Source of the DNA: Callorhinchus milii
Lineage: Eukaryota
Assembly (NCBI RefSeq): GCF_018977255.1
Contig: NW_024704743.1
Span: forward strand, 107,138,001-107,202,000
Length of the DNA: 64,000 nt
Direction of reading: 5' to 3'
Below the pieces are notes generated by a model that worked only from the letters and a program-made list of their open reading frames with translations, made no database searches and was not told where the DNA came from. The position numbers and the translations under genes are program-made. Positions 26,696 to 40,952 of this stretch are shown here, piece after piece; positions within the stretch are counted from its first letter, which is position 1; each line of letters starts with the position of its first letter.

Positions 26696-27239
26696 GCGGC
26701 TCCCCAGGAGGAGGCTGCACTAATTGTGCTGAAGCTCTTGTAGGTCAGGCAGTTCTGTGACCTTCGATCTCCGATATGGTGCAGAGACCTGCCAGTGATT
26801 TCGGAGAGTGTCTGTCTCCTGGTGACCTGGTCCACAACCCCCCCCCCCAACCTTGTCATGTATTTTGTTTGGGTCAGCCGGGTATCTGACATTTGTGGAA
26901 ACCTATCACCGTGCTTAAGAGCATCCAAACCAAACTGGAGAATTCCGTGCCTCCCACCTACACATGCAAATCCCAGCGATAGATTGTCGGAATGGAATAC
27001 ACACTCTCTCCTTAGAGGGATGCATCCTGCTTCCCTAATTCTGAAGAGTAATAGGCGCAACCTGGCAAGAGCCAAAGCTTGGAAACCCCCAGAATGTATG
27101 TTGGAGTACAGCTGGAGCCTATTGAGAGCACTACCTGGCAAGCTTTCCTGCTGCTTGTCCACCTCCTTGCCCCACTACTCGCCGATATCATTAACCTCTC
27201 CATGTCATCTGGCACTGTTCTTCAAAACATAGTAACGGA

Positions 27240-27860
27240 TCCCGGGGCTGAGCCAGGGGGAGGGGGAGGAAGGTGACCAAAGGCGCGGTCGAAAAGAAAG
27301 GTCTTCAGCAGAGACCTGAAAATGGGAAGGGAGGGAGGGAGGGAGGCGAAGGGAGTGAGGAAGGCAGTTCCAGAGCTTTGGGGATAGTGGCTGAAGGCAC
27401 AGCCACTGAGGGTGGAGCGGAAGACTCGGGGGACAAGGAGGAGGCCAGACCCGGAGGAACGAAGGCAACGGGTACTGTTTTGAGGAGAGAGGAGGTCAGA
27501 GAGGTAGGGGGTGCAGAGGAGTGCAGGGACTTGAATACAAGGATGAGGATCTTGAAATCGATCCTCTCTAGGATAGGCAGCCAGTGCAATCTGGCAAGGA
27601 CTGGGGTGATCAGGGAACAGAGTTTCGTGTGGGTGAGAATGCGGGCGGCAGAGTTTTAAATTATTTGGATTTTATGGATGGTAGTGGATGGGAGCCCAGC
27701 GAGGAGGGCATTAGAGTAGTCCAACCAAGAGGTGACAAAGGCATGGACCAGGGTTTCAGCGGCTTTTGGGGAGAGGTATTGGTGGAGACGGGCGATGCAT
27801 TGAAGGTGGAAGAAAGTGGTCCTGGTGAGGGACCGGATGTGGGGGAGGAAGGATAATTGG
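27240..27860 (-). mobile_element. L2 LINE 3' fragment (nested, antisense)
   Basis: LHWLPILERIDFKILILVFKSLH on the minus strand. Confidence 0.8.
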
Positions 27861-27864
27861 AGGT

Positions 27865-29272
27865 CTACCGTACCATCTCAAATCTCCCTTTCCAATCCAA
27901 GGTCCTTGAGAGAACCGTTGCCTCCGAGCTTTGCTCTTTCCTCTCCTCTCACTCCCTCCATGAACCCCTCCAATCGGGTTTCTGTGCTGCCCACAGCACG
28001 GAAACTGCTCTGGTCAAGGTCACAAACGACATCCTGACCATGTGTGACCAGGGCTCCCTCTGCCTCCTCCACCGCCTCTCCTCCCACCTCAACCTTCAAG
28101 GTTCTGTCCTTGACTGGTTCAGGTCCTACCTTTCACATCGTCTCCATTTCGTCGCGGCAAACAGTTTCTCCTCCAGCCCCCGCAATGTCTCGTGCAGTGT
28201 TCCTCAGGGCTCTGTCCTCAGTCCCCTCCTCTTCACCCTCTACATGCTCCCCTTTGGTGACATCATCCACAGACATGGGATAAATTTCCACATGTATGTG
28301 GATGACACCCAGCTCTACCTCTCTGCCTCTACCCTGAACTCCAGGACTACTGAGGTCCTGACCGACTGCTTGTCGAACATCAAGTCCTGGACGAGGGCCA
28401 ACTTTCTCCAACTCAATGTCAGCAAGATTGAGGCCTCCTGATTGGCTCAAGCCAGCACCACTGCACCTCAGGCACTGGCAGCATCAGCCTCCACGGCTGC
28501 ACACTCAACCTCACTAAGCCAGTCAGGAACCTGGGTGTCTTGTTTGACCCTGAACTGTCCTTTCTCCCCCACATCCACGCCATGACTGGCACTGCCTACC
28601 ACCACCTCCGCAACATTGCTAGACTCTGCCACTGCCTCACCCTTCAGGCTGCTGAGACACTCACCCACGCATTCGTCACCTCAAGGCTTGATTATGGGAA
28701 CTCTCTCCTCATCGGCCTTCCCAACTCTTCCCTTCACAAGCTGCAGATCATCCAAAACTCTGCAGCTCGTGTACTCTCACGCACCAGGCTCCACGACCCC
28801 ATCACTTCCACCCTCGCCCGACTCCACTGGCTCCCCATCCCCCAGACGATCGAGTTCAAGATCCTCGTCCTCACCTTTAAGGCCATCCATGGCCTTGCCC
28901 CTCCTACCTCTCTGACCTGCTGACTCCCTACCAACCTGCTCACTCCCTCCGCTCATCAGGCTCCGGTCTGCTCCATGTCTCCCGCCGACCCGCCCTACCA
29001 TCGGTGGCCGGGCTTTCAGCCTCTCTGCCCCCACACTCTGGAACTCCATCCCATGGTCCCTTCGCCTCTCTTCCTCCCTTGCCTCCTTCAAGGCCGGTCT
29101 CAAGACCCTTCTCTTCAACCGTGCCTTTGGTCTCCCTCCCACCTCTCTGCCTTCCCCCACCCCTACACCACCCCTCCCCCATGCTCAGGCCCCGATATCT
29201 GACTGTTCAGCCCCATGGGATGTCCTCCCGACGTGAAAGGCGCTCTACAAATGTAATTTTATTGTTGTTGTT
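27865..29272 (+). mobile_element. L2 LINE, RT and 3' end (upstream piece at ~27158-27228)
   Basis: [68 protein letters not shown]; stem-loop plus (TTG)n tail. Confidence 0.92.
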
Positions 29273-32200
29273 AGGGCTTTGGCTTACAGGGTTAATTGGA
29301 GCTGAGTGAAACGAGTCCCTGCCCCCAGTGACTGGTCTGCCCTTCCAAGTCCTGCCAATGAGCCAAGCTGGCTGAGCTGTCCTGAAGTATCGCAAAACTG
29401 CTTGGTTCAATAACTGGACTACGGAGACTTCCACAGAGAGTTGACTTGATTCTAACATTCCATGCCAAACATGTCACTTTGGAGCCAGTTCAGCTCCAAG
29501 GAGACCCTGTTTTATCTCCCAACCCCTCCTCCCCCCGGGAACGTAGTTACTAGTTGATCATTTGATATTCGACAAGTGTGGGTTTGAGGGCTGCAAGTTA
29601 TGAGGAGATACTGACATAGCTGGACTTGTTGAAATGCTGAGATTTTCAGATTGTAAGAACGGTTTGGTGAAGAAGGTCTTTTGGCTCATTTCATCTTATC
29701 CTTCTAACTTCTGGACATTCTGTTGATCTGGTTCTTACATCTCCCTCTCAATCTTTTTCATTATAAATGTAATGTAACAGACTGTAAACCCAGAATTGCA
29801 GGTTTAAAATCAACAAGCCTCACAGAAGCTTTTTCCACAGATAATAGACAGGGTGATTTAACATCTTGAAAAATTAAATGGCTATATATCTGGTTGATTG
29901 AAGTAATCAAATACTTTCCAGGTTAGGATGACTGTCGTGTTGTTGAGACTTTTCATGGGTGGGGGGGAATGGGGGTTGTGGTATATATTGTTTGTGGAGA
30001 ATGTGAGGCCACGTTGAATAGTTGGGATGTGAGATTCATTCTGGAATTTCTGCTTGACCACTTTTAACAATCAGAATTTATGCAAAACATTGTTATGCAC
30101 ATGTGAGCTTGTGATGCTCACAGGTGCCTTTCTACTTTCTAATACTGTCTAAGTTCAGTGAGATAGAACAGCTTGATGAGGTCCTTCATAAGAGACACTA
30201 AATCTAGATATTGTCTGCCTGTTCAGATGCATGTTAAAGATCCTATAGCATTATTCAAAAAGAGAAGGGAGTTTCTCCTGTTGTCCTGGCCAACAAAATC
30301 CTAGATCAAGTTAACCATTTACTTCATGGCTGTTTGAGGTATGCAAATTGGCTGCCGTGTCCACCCACAAAATACAGTCACTATACTCCACAGATTAAAT
30401 CCCGTGAAGCTCTTTGAGACATGATAAGGTGCTATATCAAATGCAAGGATTATAAATGTAACTTGGTTGAAAGGAAAGGTTTTATTAAAATCAGTGGGTT
30501 ACATGGCAAGTGAATCCCCCCCAAATTCAAACAATTATGTTAATATTGGAATTATTGTCGGTATACCAGAAAAAATAATCAAAAATCAAATCAGATTAGG
30601 CACGATCCAATTTTGGCTCAAATGTACCATTCTGGAGATTCAGAATTATTCTAATATTCTGGCTGGTATGGTTTTAGTAAAATTTGAAGAAAGAGTTTAT
30701 ATCTTATGTAAATTAAGATGTCTAATTCAGACTTCAAAGTAATACTCTATATATTTCTTTATTGAACTACAACACTATTTAAATTATTAAAATTCATATC
30801 AAAGGTACCAAGAGATACTTTACATAAATTATGGAAATGACTGTATTCATATTAATGACTGTATTAAAGAATTAAAAGCATAAAGTAGAAGGTGAACATT
30901 TCTCATTCTTTTATGTACAAACCCTTTGCCAAGTAAAACAGCCAAAAAAGCTATGAATTTGCACAAAATATAATTGAACTTCCTGGTATTTGAATGAAAA
31001 TCATTCAAGAGATAAAAATGTAAAGCTGCCCTAACATTTCTAGTGCATTTACTTGCCCAAACCTAGTACAGCTGAGGACAGAATACCACCAGCCTCTGTT
31101 CCAGCTTATGGGGTCAATGGCAAACGTCACTGACTTGCAATAAAATAGAGACTGAAACTCTGTTAAAATAGGTACTTATAGCAGAATTACCCCCCAATGG
31201 GAGATTAAATTGAAGGCACAATGTTATTAGGAATTTCTTCCATTGAGGCAAAAGGTGGTGCATGCAAGAAGCATAGGTCATAGTCTCAAACATAACATCT
31301 CATACAAGTCGGTTTAAAGATTCAGTTGCCTTTCAATAGTTTCAGTGGTGCAATTACAACATGATTAGTCCATGATGGCAGTACCTTTGTCCCATGAGAC
31401 TTTACCCAGCCCTCCATACCTACTGTCCTGCTGATTCATAATGACTGTGTTAAGGAATTAAAAGCATAAAGCAGATAGTGAACAGGAGGTAGATGTCACT
31501 GAGGAAAAGAGACATCTGGGAATCAGTAACCTGCAGCAAGCATAGCTTCCTTCATTGATGAAAAGTAACATTGCCAATGTGGCATCCCTGACAGGTCAGG
31601 AGTTCTGGGACCAATGCCACCTTTGGTCAGAAGGTTATGGGTTCAAAGCCCATAATGAGACTTAAGTTCATAGTCCAATACAGTATGGGAGGAGCAGAGA
31701 ATTGTCGGAAGTGACATCCATCAGGTGAGACATTAAACTGAGATCCAGTTTGCCTGCTTTCAGGTACATATTAAAGATCTCATGGAACTGTTCGAGATGG
31801 GAAAGCCTTCTCTCGGTTGCTGACTGTTGCCAGATAAATTGGTAGTTCATCTCATGGCTGATTGTGGGAAATCTGAGGATTGGGGTTGACAGCTGCTGGA
31901 AGGCGTAACCTGGAGTCAGAGTTCGTGAACACATGGTCATACATCCAGGACCTAGAATCCACCTTGATTGGCCTGAAAAGAGCCAAGCAGCTGCTGCTTA
32001 AACTCCACACTTCCAACTGATGGAACCATCGCTCAATGGGAAGCGATGTGTGCCCAAGATAGGAAGACGGTGGCAATGCTCTCACCCATTTCATGCTGAG
32101 GTGTGTTACCAACAGGGAAGCCCATAGGGAATTCCTCATACCTGCTATCCACCTAATGAGGCTCAACCCTGCGTTTGTCAGATGTCGAACAACTATCGTG

Positions 32201-35200
32201 ATTATCCTCCTTACGGGCTGGGAGGAGGTAAGCAAGGTCTCGGTAGTCCAGTTCCTGAGCCAGGGGGTTCTGCAGTGTTCCAGGGTACTGCTGATGACAG
32301 CACAGTCAGCCTGACTCATTGGAGGAGCCTGGAATGGCAGACCAGTGACTTGAGGCAGGGAGAAATCCCACTCAGCTCCTGTTAATTCTGAAAGCCAAAC
32401 CCTAATGGGTAGGATGGTCCTAGCTAGCTAGACAAATAGCAGGAAAGCTTGCAGACATCAATATCAATGGTAAGCTATGTGGTTTTAGCTGGTTAGTTTC
32501 CAGCAGTAACCCAACGCACATCTGGGATCTCCAAGCCATGGCTCTTACCAACTGCGCCTGATACTTACCTAAATTAGGTAAGCAGGATGCATCCCTCCGG
32601 GGAGAGAGTGCGCATTCCATTCCAACAAGCTATCTCTGTGATTTCAATGTGTAGGTGGCATGCATGGAAATCTCAGCTTGGTTTGGATACTCTTCAACAA
32701 CAACAACAACTTCCATTTATATAGCACCCTTCACACCAAATGGCATCTCGGAGCGCTTCAGCATGGTGGTTGTTTCCACATGTGTCAGACACCTGGTTGA
32801 CCCCCAAAAATTGTGGGATCTGTAAAAAGAGACAAGCAGGAAGGTTCCTGCCTTTTAATTTTGTCAAGATATACAATGTGTGAGCACAAAGTGCACCTAA
32901 AAAAAGTTCACCATCTTACAGACCTCACTGGTGCCAGGTGTCTGCCATGTTTGCTTTGACACTAAATACTACAAAACACTTTGAGATGTTTTAACATGTT
33001 AAGGCACTGTATACAAAAAACTTAAGTAAGATCTCAACTATAGTTGCCACTGATGATGGCACTTTCTCAATGACAGATTACAGTGCCAGCAACTGCAGCA
33101 TCACTGATGTGGGAGGTGGGATCACATATCTGAGTGGTGGTCTCTACTCTAGCCAGACCACTTCCAGTGTTTAATTGACAATAAGTTAATCCCTCATATA
33201 GGTTTCATGGATTGTTAGCTTCCATTTTAAAGCATACCATGAAGCTCTCCATTCCTGGTTTCCTTTCACTCAACCTAATGGACTTCCAGCTTGTACCGGA
33301 TGGTCCTTCTTACCCCTCTCAATCAACACTATCCCTTCTTCCTTACCTAGCGCTTCCACAACAAAGAAAGAGACATTCACAATGCCATTCTTTAATTCAC
33401 TCAGATTTTCAAAGACACTAATAGACACATAGATACATAGACATAGAAATCATGGAGCCTGTTCCGCCATTTTATCAGATCATGGCTGATCTATACCTCA
33501 AGTCCTTGCTGCATATTCTTTAATACACTGACCTAACAAATATTTATCTACCTCCATCTTAAATAAGAAATCCTTATGGTAACCAACAACAACAACTTGC
33601 ATTTATATAGTGCCCTTCACGCGGGGTAGAGTCCCGGATCGTTTACCAACACTATGTGACATCCAACTCGGGAAACCTCTCTGATATTAGAATCTCCAAC
33701 ACTGACATACTATTAGTGAATCCTGTAAGCCACTGTTTTTTTGTGCTGGTGCTTGTTTCAAGTAGCTGTGGTGATGGGTAGTGCTCAGGTATGTTGTGCT
33801 AGTCTGATGCAACAGGAGGGTCTGGGATCCCCTCATTCTGGGAAAAGAAGATTTGCCACATTCAGAGTACAAATACAAACATATCCGTTGCACTGATATA
33901 AGCCTCAGAGATACAACTGTAGAGCTATCATATCATGTACACTCACTGTGTAGAAACATGTTATTTACATATCGTACAGTTCACACAATGTTAATAATTT
34001 GATACCTATTGTTAATGTTTTCCCTGCTTCCAAGTTCCACACATTTCTCTCAAATTCTCAAATCTCCCTCATGAAAAATTACCCCATTGCCTGTTCATAG
34101 TGTGAGAGTGTTTACAGATTTGGACATCCAGTCCTTTGACCTTAAGTGGTGGCTTGATTCTGAGTGGGTGATTTGGCCAAAAATATTTCCAAATAATCTT
34201 CTTGAAAATCATGTCCTTCTAAAGACTTCAGTAAGCAAGACAAAGTATGCTGAGAACAGCATTTAATTGACTTCAGAGTTTGTTTCATTTATGGGATAAT
34301 ATTGGCAACTCTTTGGAACAGATATACTAGCCATGAACATGCTCAAGCCAGGATATTTAATCTCTGAATGAGAGGGCTATAAACAACTTATATTAGAGGT
34401 TTTGTGTTATTAGACATGTCTGGATTTGGATATGGAGAAAACTATAATTCATTTACACATTGTTGCATAATGAACAAAAACTGAAATTCATTAGTTACAT
34501 TATTACTCAGAGTCATGAGTCTTGTCTTTCATAATGTGTAAATATGTTTTCATTTTTTCCCATTCACTGTTGCACTAGTCCACAGGATGCCAACAAGATG
34601 TTTATTACAATTTCTATTTTTCTATGATTGACCAGTGCAGAATTCATGAGTGATTTGTGTGTTTCTTTTTTCCTGCAGTTTATTTTTATGCGTTGAGTAG
34701 AGTGAAACAGACTTGTAATGTTGGGCTACTGACCAAGCACACACATACACACAATAATTAGAGGGACTGGAACAATAATTCCAGTTGGTTTTCTCCTCCT
34801 GACTATGGGAAGGTAAGAACCAGTTTAGCCTCGTACAGCACTGGCTGAGAACAGCAAATGGAACATTTATATAGCGCCCTTCATGTGGGGTAGCGTCCCA
34901 GAGTGCTTATAAACCACAATATGGGAAGCAGCGAGCTCCTGGTCCCTAAGCTGCAGTTCTCTCTAGTATTCCATCGGGGCTGACTAGGCCTAGTTAGAAT
35001 GAAAACATCATAGCGCAGAGAGAGGTCCTTGTACCCATTGAACCTATGTTGATGACACCTGCTTCAATGAATCAATACTATACATTCTAATACCAGTCCC
35101 AGTTCAATATATTCCCTGCACCTTTTTATATTCTCTCTCTCTTCAAATACTTGAATTCAATTCCAATTCTGTTTTAAATTTTGCTCTTCCTCTGATCTGA

Positions 35201-36094
35201 AATTTACAGGATCCAAAAGGCGCTATATAATTGCAATTTGTTCTTGTTATCTCACTTCAGACCTGGTCAATCAGATTCCCTTGAGCTCTGTGACATTTGT
35301 GTACCTTTCTGTTCCGAAGTTTTAGCTTCCATTAGCTTCTTGTCTCCTAACCTCACCAACATTACAACTCATGGGAATCCAAGGGAATTCCCTATGAAGA
35401 AAAGTGTTTTTCATTGTGTATTTGTTGCTTACACGTTGCTTTTTGTGCCAAAGATTTTTAAAAAAAAGGTTTATTTGTATATTGACTTTAACAGCCTTAT
35501 GCTGTCTCAACTGAGACCCCCAGAGAGGTGAACTGCAGATACAGGAAATTGGGAAATTTCCCGAGTGCCCCCATGAATGGTTCCCGATGCTTATCACCCC
35601 ATGCAACCTAATTCACAAGTTCCATTCAAGTCCAACAAAGTTTTTAAATGTGCGGATGTTTTATGCTTTTTGGTTCCCAACTCCCATTTTACACGACAAC
35701 CCCAAGCCTTTTTGGGGAGCCAGACTGCCCCAAACGCTCATACAGTTACTCAGAGGGGACCTCATAGAGGTGGACAAGATTTTAAATGGGATTAAAAACG
35801 TAAACTCTAATGCAACAGTGGGCCGCAGACCAGAAGTGGCTTGCAGGCCTTGAAGAAGCCCCCACCCTGCTCCTGAACATTTGCATGAGTAGGCCCGTGT
35901 TTGATCGTTAGTGTGTTTTCATATTTTTCTTGATTGAATATTTCTTAATTTATGGCATTTATTTTGTTGACTAACCACAGATGTTGGCCATCACTGTTCT
36001 AAAGTTTATTGTTTACTATTTCAATCCTTTTTAAAAAAATTAGAATGTAAACTTATGTCCTCTTGATCTTTTGTCTTGATATTTCCCAATTTCA

Positions 36095-36348
36095 GGAAGT
36101 ATCAAGACAGAAGATCAAGAGGATATAAGTTTAGAGTTATAAAGGGCAATTTCAGGACAGATACCAGGAAGTAATCTATAACTGGAACAGGTTGCCAGGA
36201 AAGGTGGTACAACCTAGGACACAATATTAATTTAAAAAGAGGTGTGATGGGGGGTTTGGAGGGATGGTAGAGTGGATGATCTGGAGGGATGAGATCGGAT
36301 GGGCCAAAGGGCCTTCTTCATCCAGACCAATCTTGTGATCTTGTGATA
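36095..36348 (+). mobile_element. CR1 3' fragment
   Basis: AAAGGGCAATTTCAGGACAGA...GATGGGCCAAAGGGCCTTCTTCATCC...(ATCTTGTG)2; similar to 43670-43890 and 61690-62430. Confidence 0.7.
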
Positions 36349-39300
36349 TAATACCTTACTTCTTTACTTCCAATAATAGATGCTTTCTCCTTGGTTGCGG
36401 ATATTACATGATAGTTACCAGCAGGGGGCACTCAAGTCTCATTCACTTCATAAAGATAAGGATCCAATACAGCACAATCAGACCACTATTAGGGAATCAG
36501 TACTCTTTCTTGTAAAATCTATTTGTAACTCTCAAGAGAAAACCCGTGCCATTCTTTTTTCATTAAAAGCTTGCCAAACAATTAATGTGGCTTTGAGCCT
36601 AGAGGTTTGCCAGGCAATTTTACTGAATATACATACAACACACTGAACTGTTCTTCACAGATCTGAAAATGGATACTTGCTTTCTATGCACAAAAAAATT
36701 GGATTGTGGAATTCAGAAAATATATGCAAAGAAATATGCAAGATCACAAAAGATCATGAGAATATGGAACTGACTGCTTCAGAAGGTCATAGATGCATTG
36801 TTGATTGAGGTGTTGGAGGAGAAATATTGCAGCTAGATACTTAGTAAGTTAGGATATTAAGGGATATGAAGGAGCGACTGGGAAATCAAATTTAAGAGTA
36901 TCCTCACCTCTGAGTCAGAGGGATCTGGGTTCAAGCTGCGCATCAGGGCTTGGAACTCACAGTCGAGGTTGTCACTCCAATGCAATGCTGGGGGAGTGCT
37001 GACCTTCTGATGAGTTAAACCAAGGTCCTGCCTGTGTCAATTCAGGCAAATTCCATGGCACTATTCAAAACAAGAAGGGAGTTTCTCCTGGTGTCCTGGC
37101 CAACAACCCCACAGCTAAAATTTCTTTCACTTTATGTCTGTTTATGGGACACTGCTGGACACAAATTGGCTGCTTTGAGACGTTTTGGCGACGTGATAAG
37201 GTGCTACAACCACAAGGATTATTATTATGCATTTTAAATGGCCTCCTGCTATTTCTATATTCTTCAGCAAGAATTTATTTTAATTACAGAATGTTCCAAA
37301 TGGTGTAAAGTCTAATTGCCCAAGAATATAATAATACATCACAATAAATGAATACCAAATAACAGCTTGTCCGAGGTGAAATGTAGGTGTAGATTAAGCA
37401 AAGCTACAAGTGCGTGTAGAGACTCCAGATCAAATCAAGGGAACTGTAACACCCCCCACCCTTCCAGTAAACATCTGAAATACATCCCTCACCATCTGCT
37501 ATCTTGTACCACATATACAAGGTGCTGTTTCTGCATGTTATTGCCCTTCAGAAACAAAATGGTGATGTGTCAGCATTGAGCTGAATGAACATTCAAGGAG
37601 GCCGTCAGTCAGCAAGGAACAACAGTATCTGGTGGACTTATTTCACCATTGTTGTCACTGGCAGTGTAGTGGCACCTTCCAGCCACCATCATTTTTATTG
37701 ACAATATGGAACTTTCTGTTATCTTGTATATCAGCAGTGCATTAATTTGCACCGTTTCACTTTGTATCGCCTTGGCGAGACGAAAAGATTATGAAAAGAT
37801 TTTTGTTTCCTTCCCGTTTAAAATAGCAGCTGCATGAAGTTCATTACTAAGCATAATAGTATTAATGGACATCTGATGCTGAGCTCCAACATTTATAGAA
37901 ACATAATCTGTCATTTCTGACAAATAAATCTGCAGTTTATAAGAACCTAGTAATGAGAAAATACAGGGCAGTACAGTACTTTGTATATATATCTATCTAT
38001 CTATCTTTGTATAATTACTGTATTCCAAAACTATAATTCATGCAGCACTGGCAGCTATATTAATGTATTGAACTTCCAAGTAAGAAAGCCATGTTCACAT
38101 TCCAGTCACTTGATATTTGCACTTGGTTTTCCGTTTACGGGTCAAATTGCGCAAGTCTTGGTGGAGCTGTCAGGAGGGAGAGAGAAAAACTGTTCAACTC
38201 CCCTGCCCCCCCGGCTTGGCTCAATGGTGTGTCTAGCATGGTGCCCTAGAAGTGGCCTCTACAATATCTGTAGAGATTGCCCATCATTTGATATATTCCG
38301 ATACATTCCCTAGCAGATCAGTGTGCTATGAAGTCTGCCTCCTCTTCCTACAGACCAACCCTGCACTTCCTCATGGTGGGGAGCTTGGGAGTAGGGTAGT
38401 GGTCAACTCGCTAGGTCACCTTCCCTTCCTCCCCAGCTCAGAGCCATTGTTCAGCGCTCGGAGACATTACCTTGCTTGACAGTAAATAAATAAATTCATA
38501 TGTACCTTATATATAAATGGTTTGGTTGAGCACCTTAAATCCTTACAGTTTTGATAATCCTTGTATTTGATATGGTGCTTTTTATGCCATGTGGATGTCG
38601 CAAAGTGCTTCACTGGATATACTGCAAAGTGTAGTGGCTGTGTGTTTTGTAGGCCTTGTGAGGTCCGGGCTAAATGTACCCTGTCCTGCAGACACACATG
38701 GAGGGTAGCCATGTAGACCCATTCATTCACAATGGCCAAGGGGTTGGGATTTGGAATTTGCCTCATTCCAGCTATTTCAGGTGGCTCCAGTTTCCTGCAT
38801 TTACTAGGGAGGTAGCTCAGACACATCTCCTCCCAATGGCTGCTGTGTGGGCTCCTTTGCCAGTTCCCCCAGCTCCAGGGTAGATGGCGAACCTGCCATA
38901 CCCAGTGAATGGGAGCAGGTGGTGTTGAACACATCCAACGGGAGCTAGAGAATTACATACTCGCCCCTTGGTCCCTGGAATCTCTCTCCTGCTCCTGCTC
39001 AACATTTGCAGAGTCAGTGCAGCTACTCCACAGGGGCAAAAATTCAGCAATATTTCATACCCTTTATTATAACATACAACATATAAACTTGTGCAGTGTA
39101 AGTTTAGAATCTTTATTCTTTCTCCTCCCCATCCTTATCTGCCTCACCCATGCTAATAAACCCTTCTAAGAACAAGCACTGCAGAACCCAGAGGAGAACT
39201 TACAAAACTTATTCAGTGGAAGCAAAGAAGTTGGATATCAATTAAGGGGGAGGATTGAACACGTGAGCCTATGAAATGGGAGTCTAACACCCTCCCCTAG

Positions 39301-40952
39301 AGCCGCTGGACCACCTGGTATTTTTTATTATGTTGAAACTGATGTAGCAGTGTCCTCTGTCAGTGATAATGATAACAGTTGCTATGTAGTGTTTGCTCAG
39401 TATCGAAGCAGCTGTTGTTTTCCAAATAGGAGCCAGCAGGTGTCAGTCACACAGACATTTTTTTTTGTCAAAACGCTCTTTATCCAACAAACATTAAGGT
39501 ATATCTGAACCAAAAAGAGTCACTAAATTTAAGATGTAATTTCTCGTCTAAGTTATTAAAATAAGTTTTAAGTCAGTGTTAAACGAATCTTTGCAAACAA
39601 AATTAAATGGAGATTCTTCTTTTAGGAAGAAAACAATCCTAGACTAAGATGGTTACTGCGGCAACCGGTAAATTTAGTAGAAAAGGAAGCAACAATTAAT
39701 GCAACTTAAAAAAAAGCCGCTGCTTTGCCGAATGAAGTCGTAGCTAACTAAACACAGCTGAAAGAAGACATTTGTATTTTCGACAGGGTCATAGAACTCA
39801 GGGACCATTACACACTCTGACTATTTCATCTTTCCTGTGAAGTTCTCTTTTCGGCATAACCAGCTTCAGTTGCAGCTCACGTGTTTTACCAAAAAAAGGC
39901 TTTCATTTCAGACGTGCCCAATCTATGGAAATACACTTCAGTAATTTAATTATAAATTAAATGACTTAAAGTAGATTCACAACATTTGTCCTTCACAATT
40001 GCTGCAGCTTCCATGGACTTGGAAAAAAAATACAATTGGAACTTGTTAGTGTGCTTAGCTCCTGGGCTCCATGGTTACTGGGTAATCTTGTTTACAATGA
40101 GGAGGATAGTATGGGTCACTTTGTGCGAAGTGTGCAGACAGTCGGCACTTTAAACAGCTTTAGCAGTGTAGACTTAGGCCTCATTTTTGAATCCCTAGTT
40201 TTCTTCCTCTGTTAGGGGAAATTTAAACTACCCAAAGAAAGCTCCAGGGAGTTCGCTTGGTTGTCTTTGAGATTGAGGAATTTTGACTGGAAGTTTTCCC
40301 CCAGGGACAGAAGTAGTGGGAGCTTTCCAATAAAGGAATAGGTTTGATATATTAAAAAAATGTTTGATGGGCCGAATAGAGCTTTCCCATTGAATGCTTT
40401 CTTGTATTGTTAATCAGATATCGCTTGACATATAAATTTAGCATGTTTTCCCATGAAAAAAAGTCATTTCATTTAAATGCCATGCATTTATATATATACG
40501 TGCATGTGTGTGTTGGTGGGAATGCCAGTCAGCGTGCAGCATGGTGAGTGAGATGCAACACAGGGGTGCCACAGTCAATGAAATGACACTTTATATATTT
40601 TTCTCAAGAAAGAAAACAAAGCACCTTTAGCACAGAGCAAAGGCATTCTATCCACACCACATGGGCATAGGTCATCTTTCATTAGAAGGAGGAAAACACA
40701 AGTCTAAAATGCACAGAAATGCCTATAATTCAATGACTTTTAAACATTTACCAATCCAGCAGACCATCCATCCACTGACAAAAGACCATCAACAAAACCT
40801 TTGCGCGGGTACTTTTTCCCTTCCTCTCCTGATTGTGTTGGATTATCCTGGATTATGATGTTAGAATCAGTAGCCATTAATGCAATGCCCAACCGTCCAT
40901 TTTGGGGGGGGCATCTGAGTGTCTGATGCACATGGAAACCCATCACCAAGAT

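Noticed and set aside
24676..26760. 694-aa and 609-aa Pro-rich ORFs (+), and Gly-rich ORFs (-)
   Set aside because: By-products of the C-rich minisatellite, which has almost no stop codons in any frame. The + ORFs have non-ATG starts, and the longer one overlaps NSMAF exon 1 in antisense.
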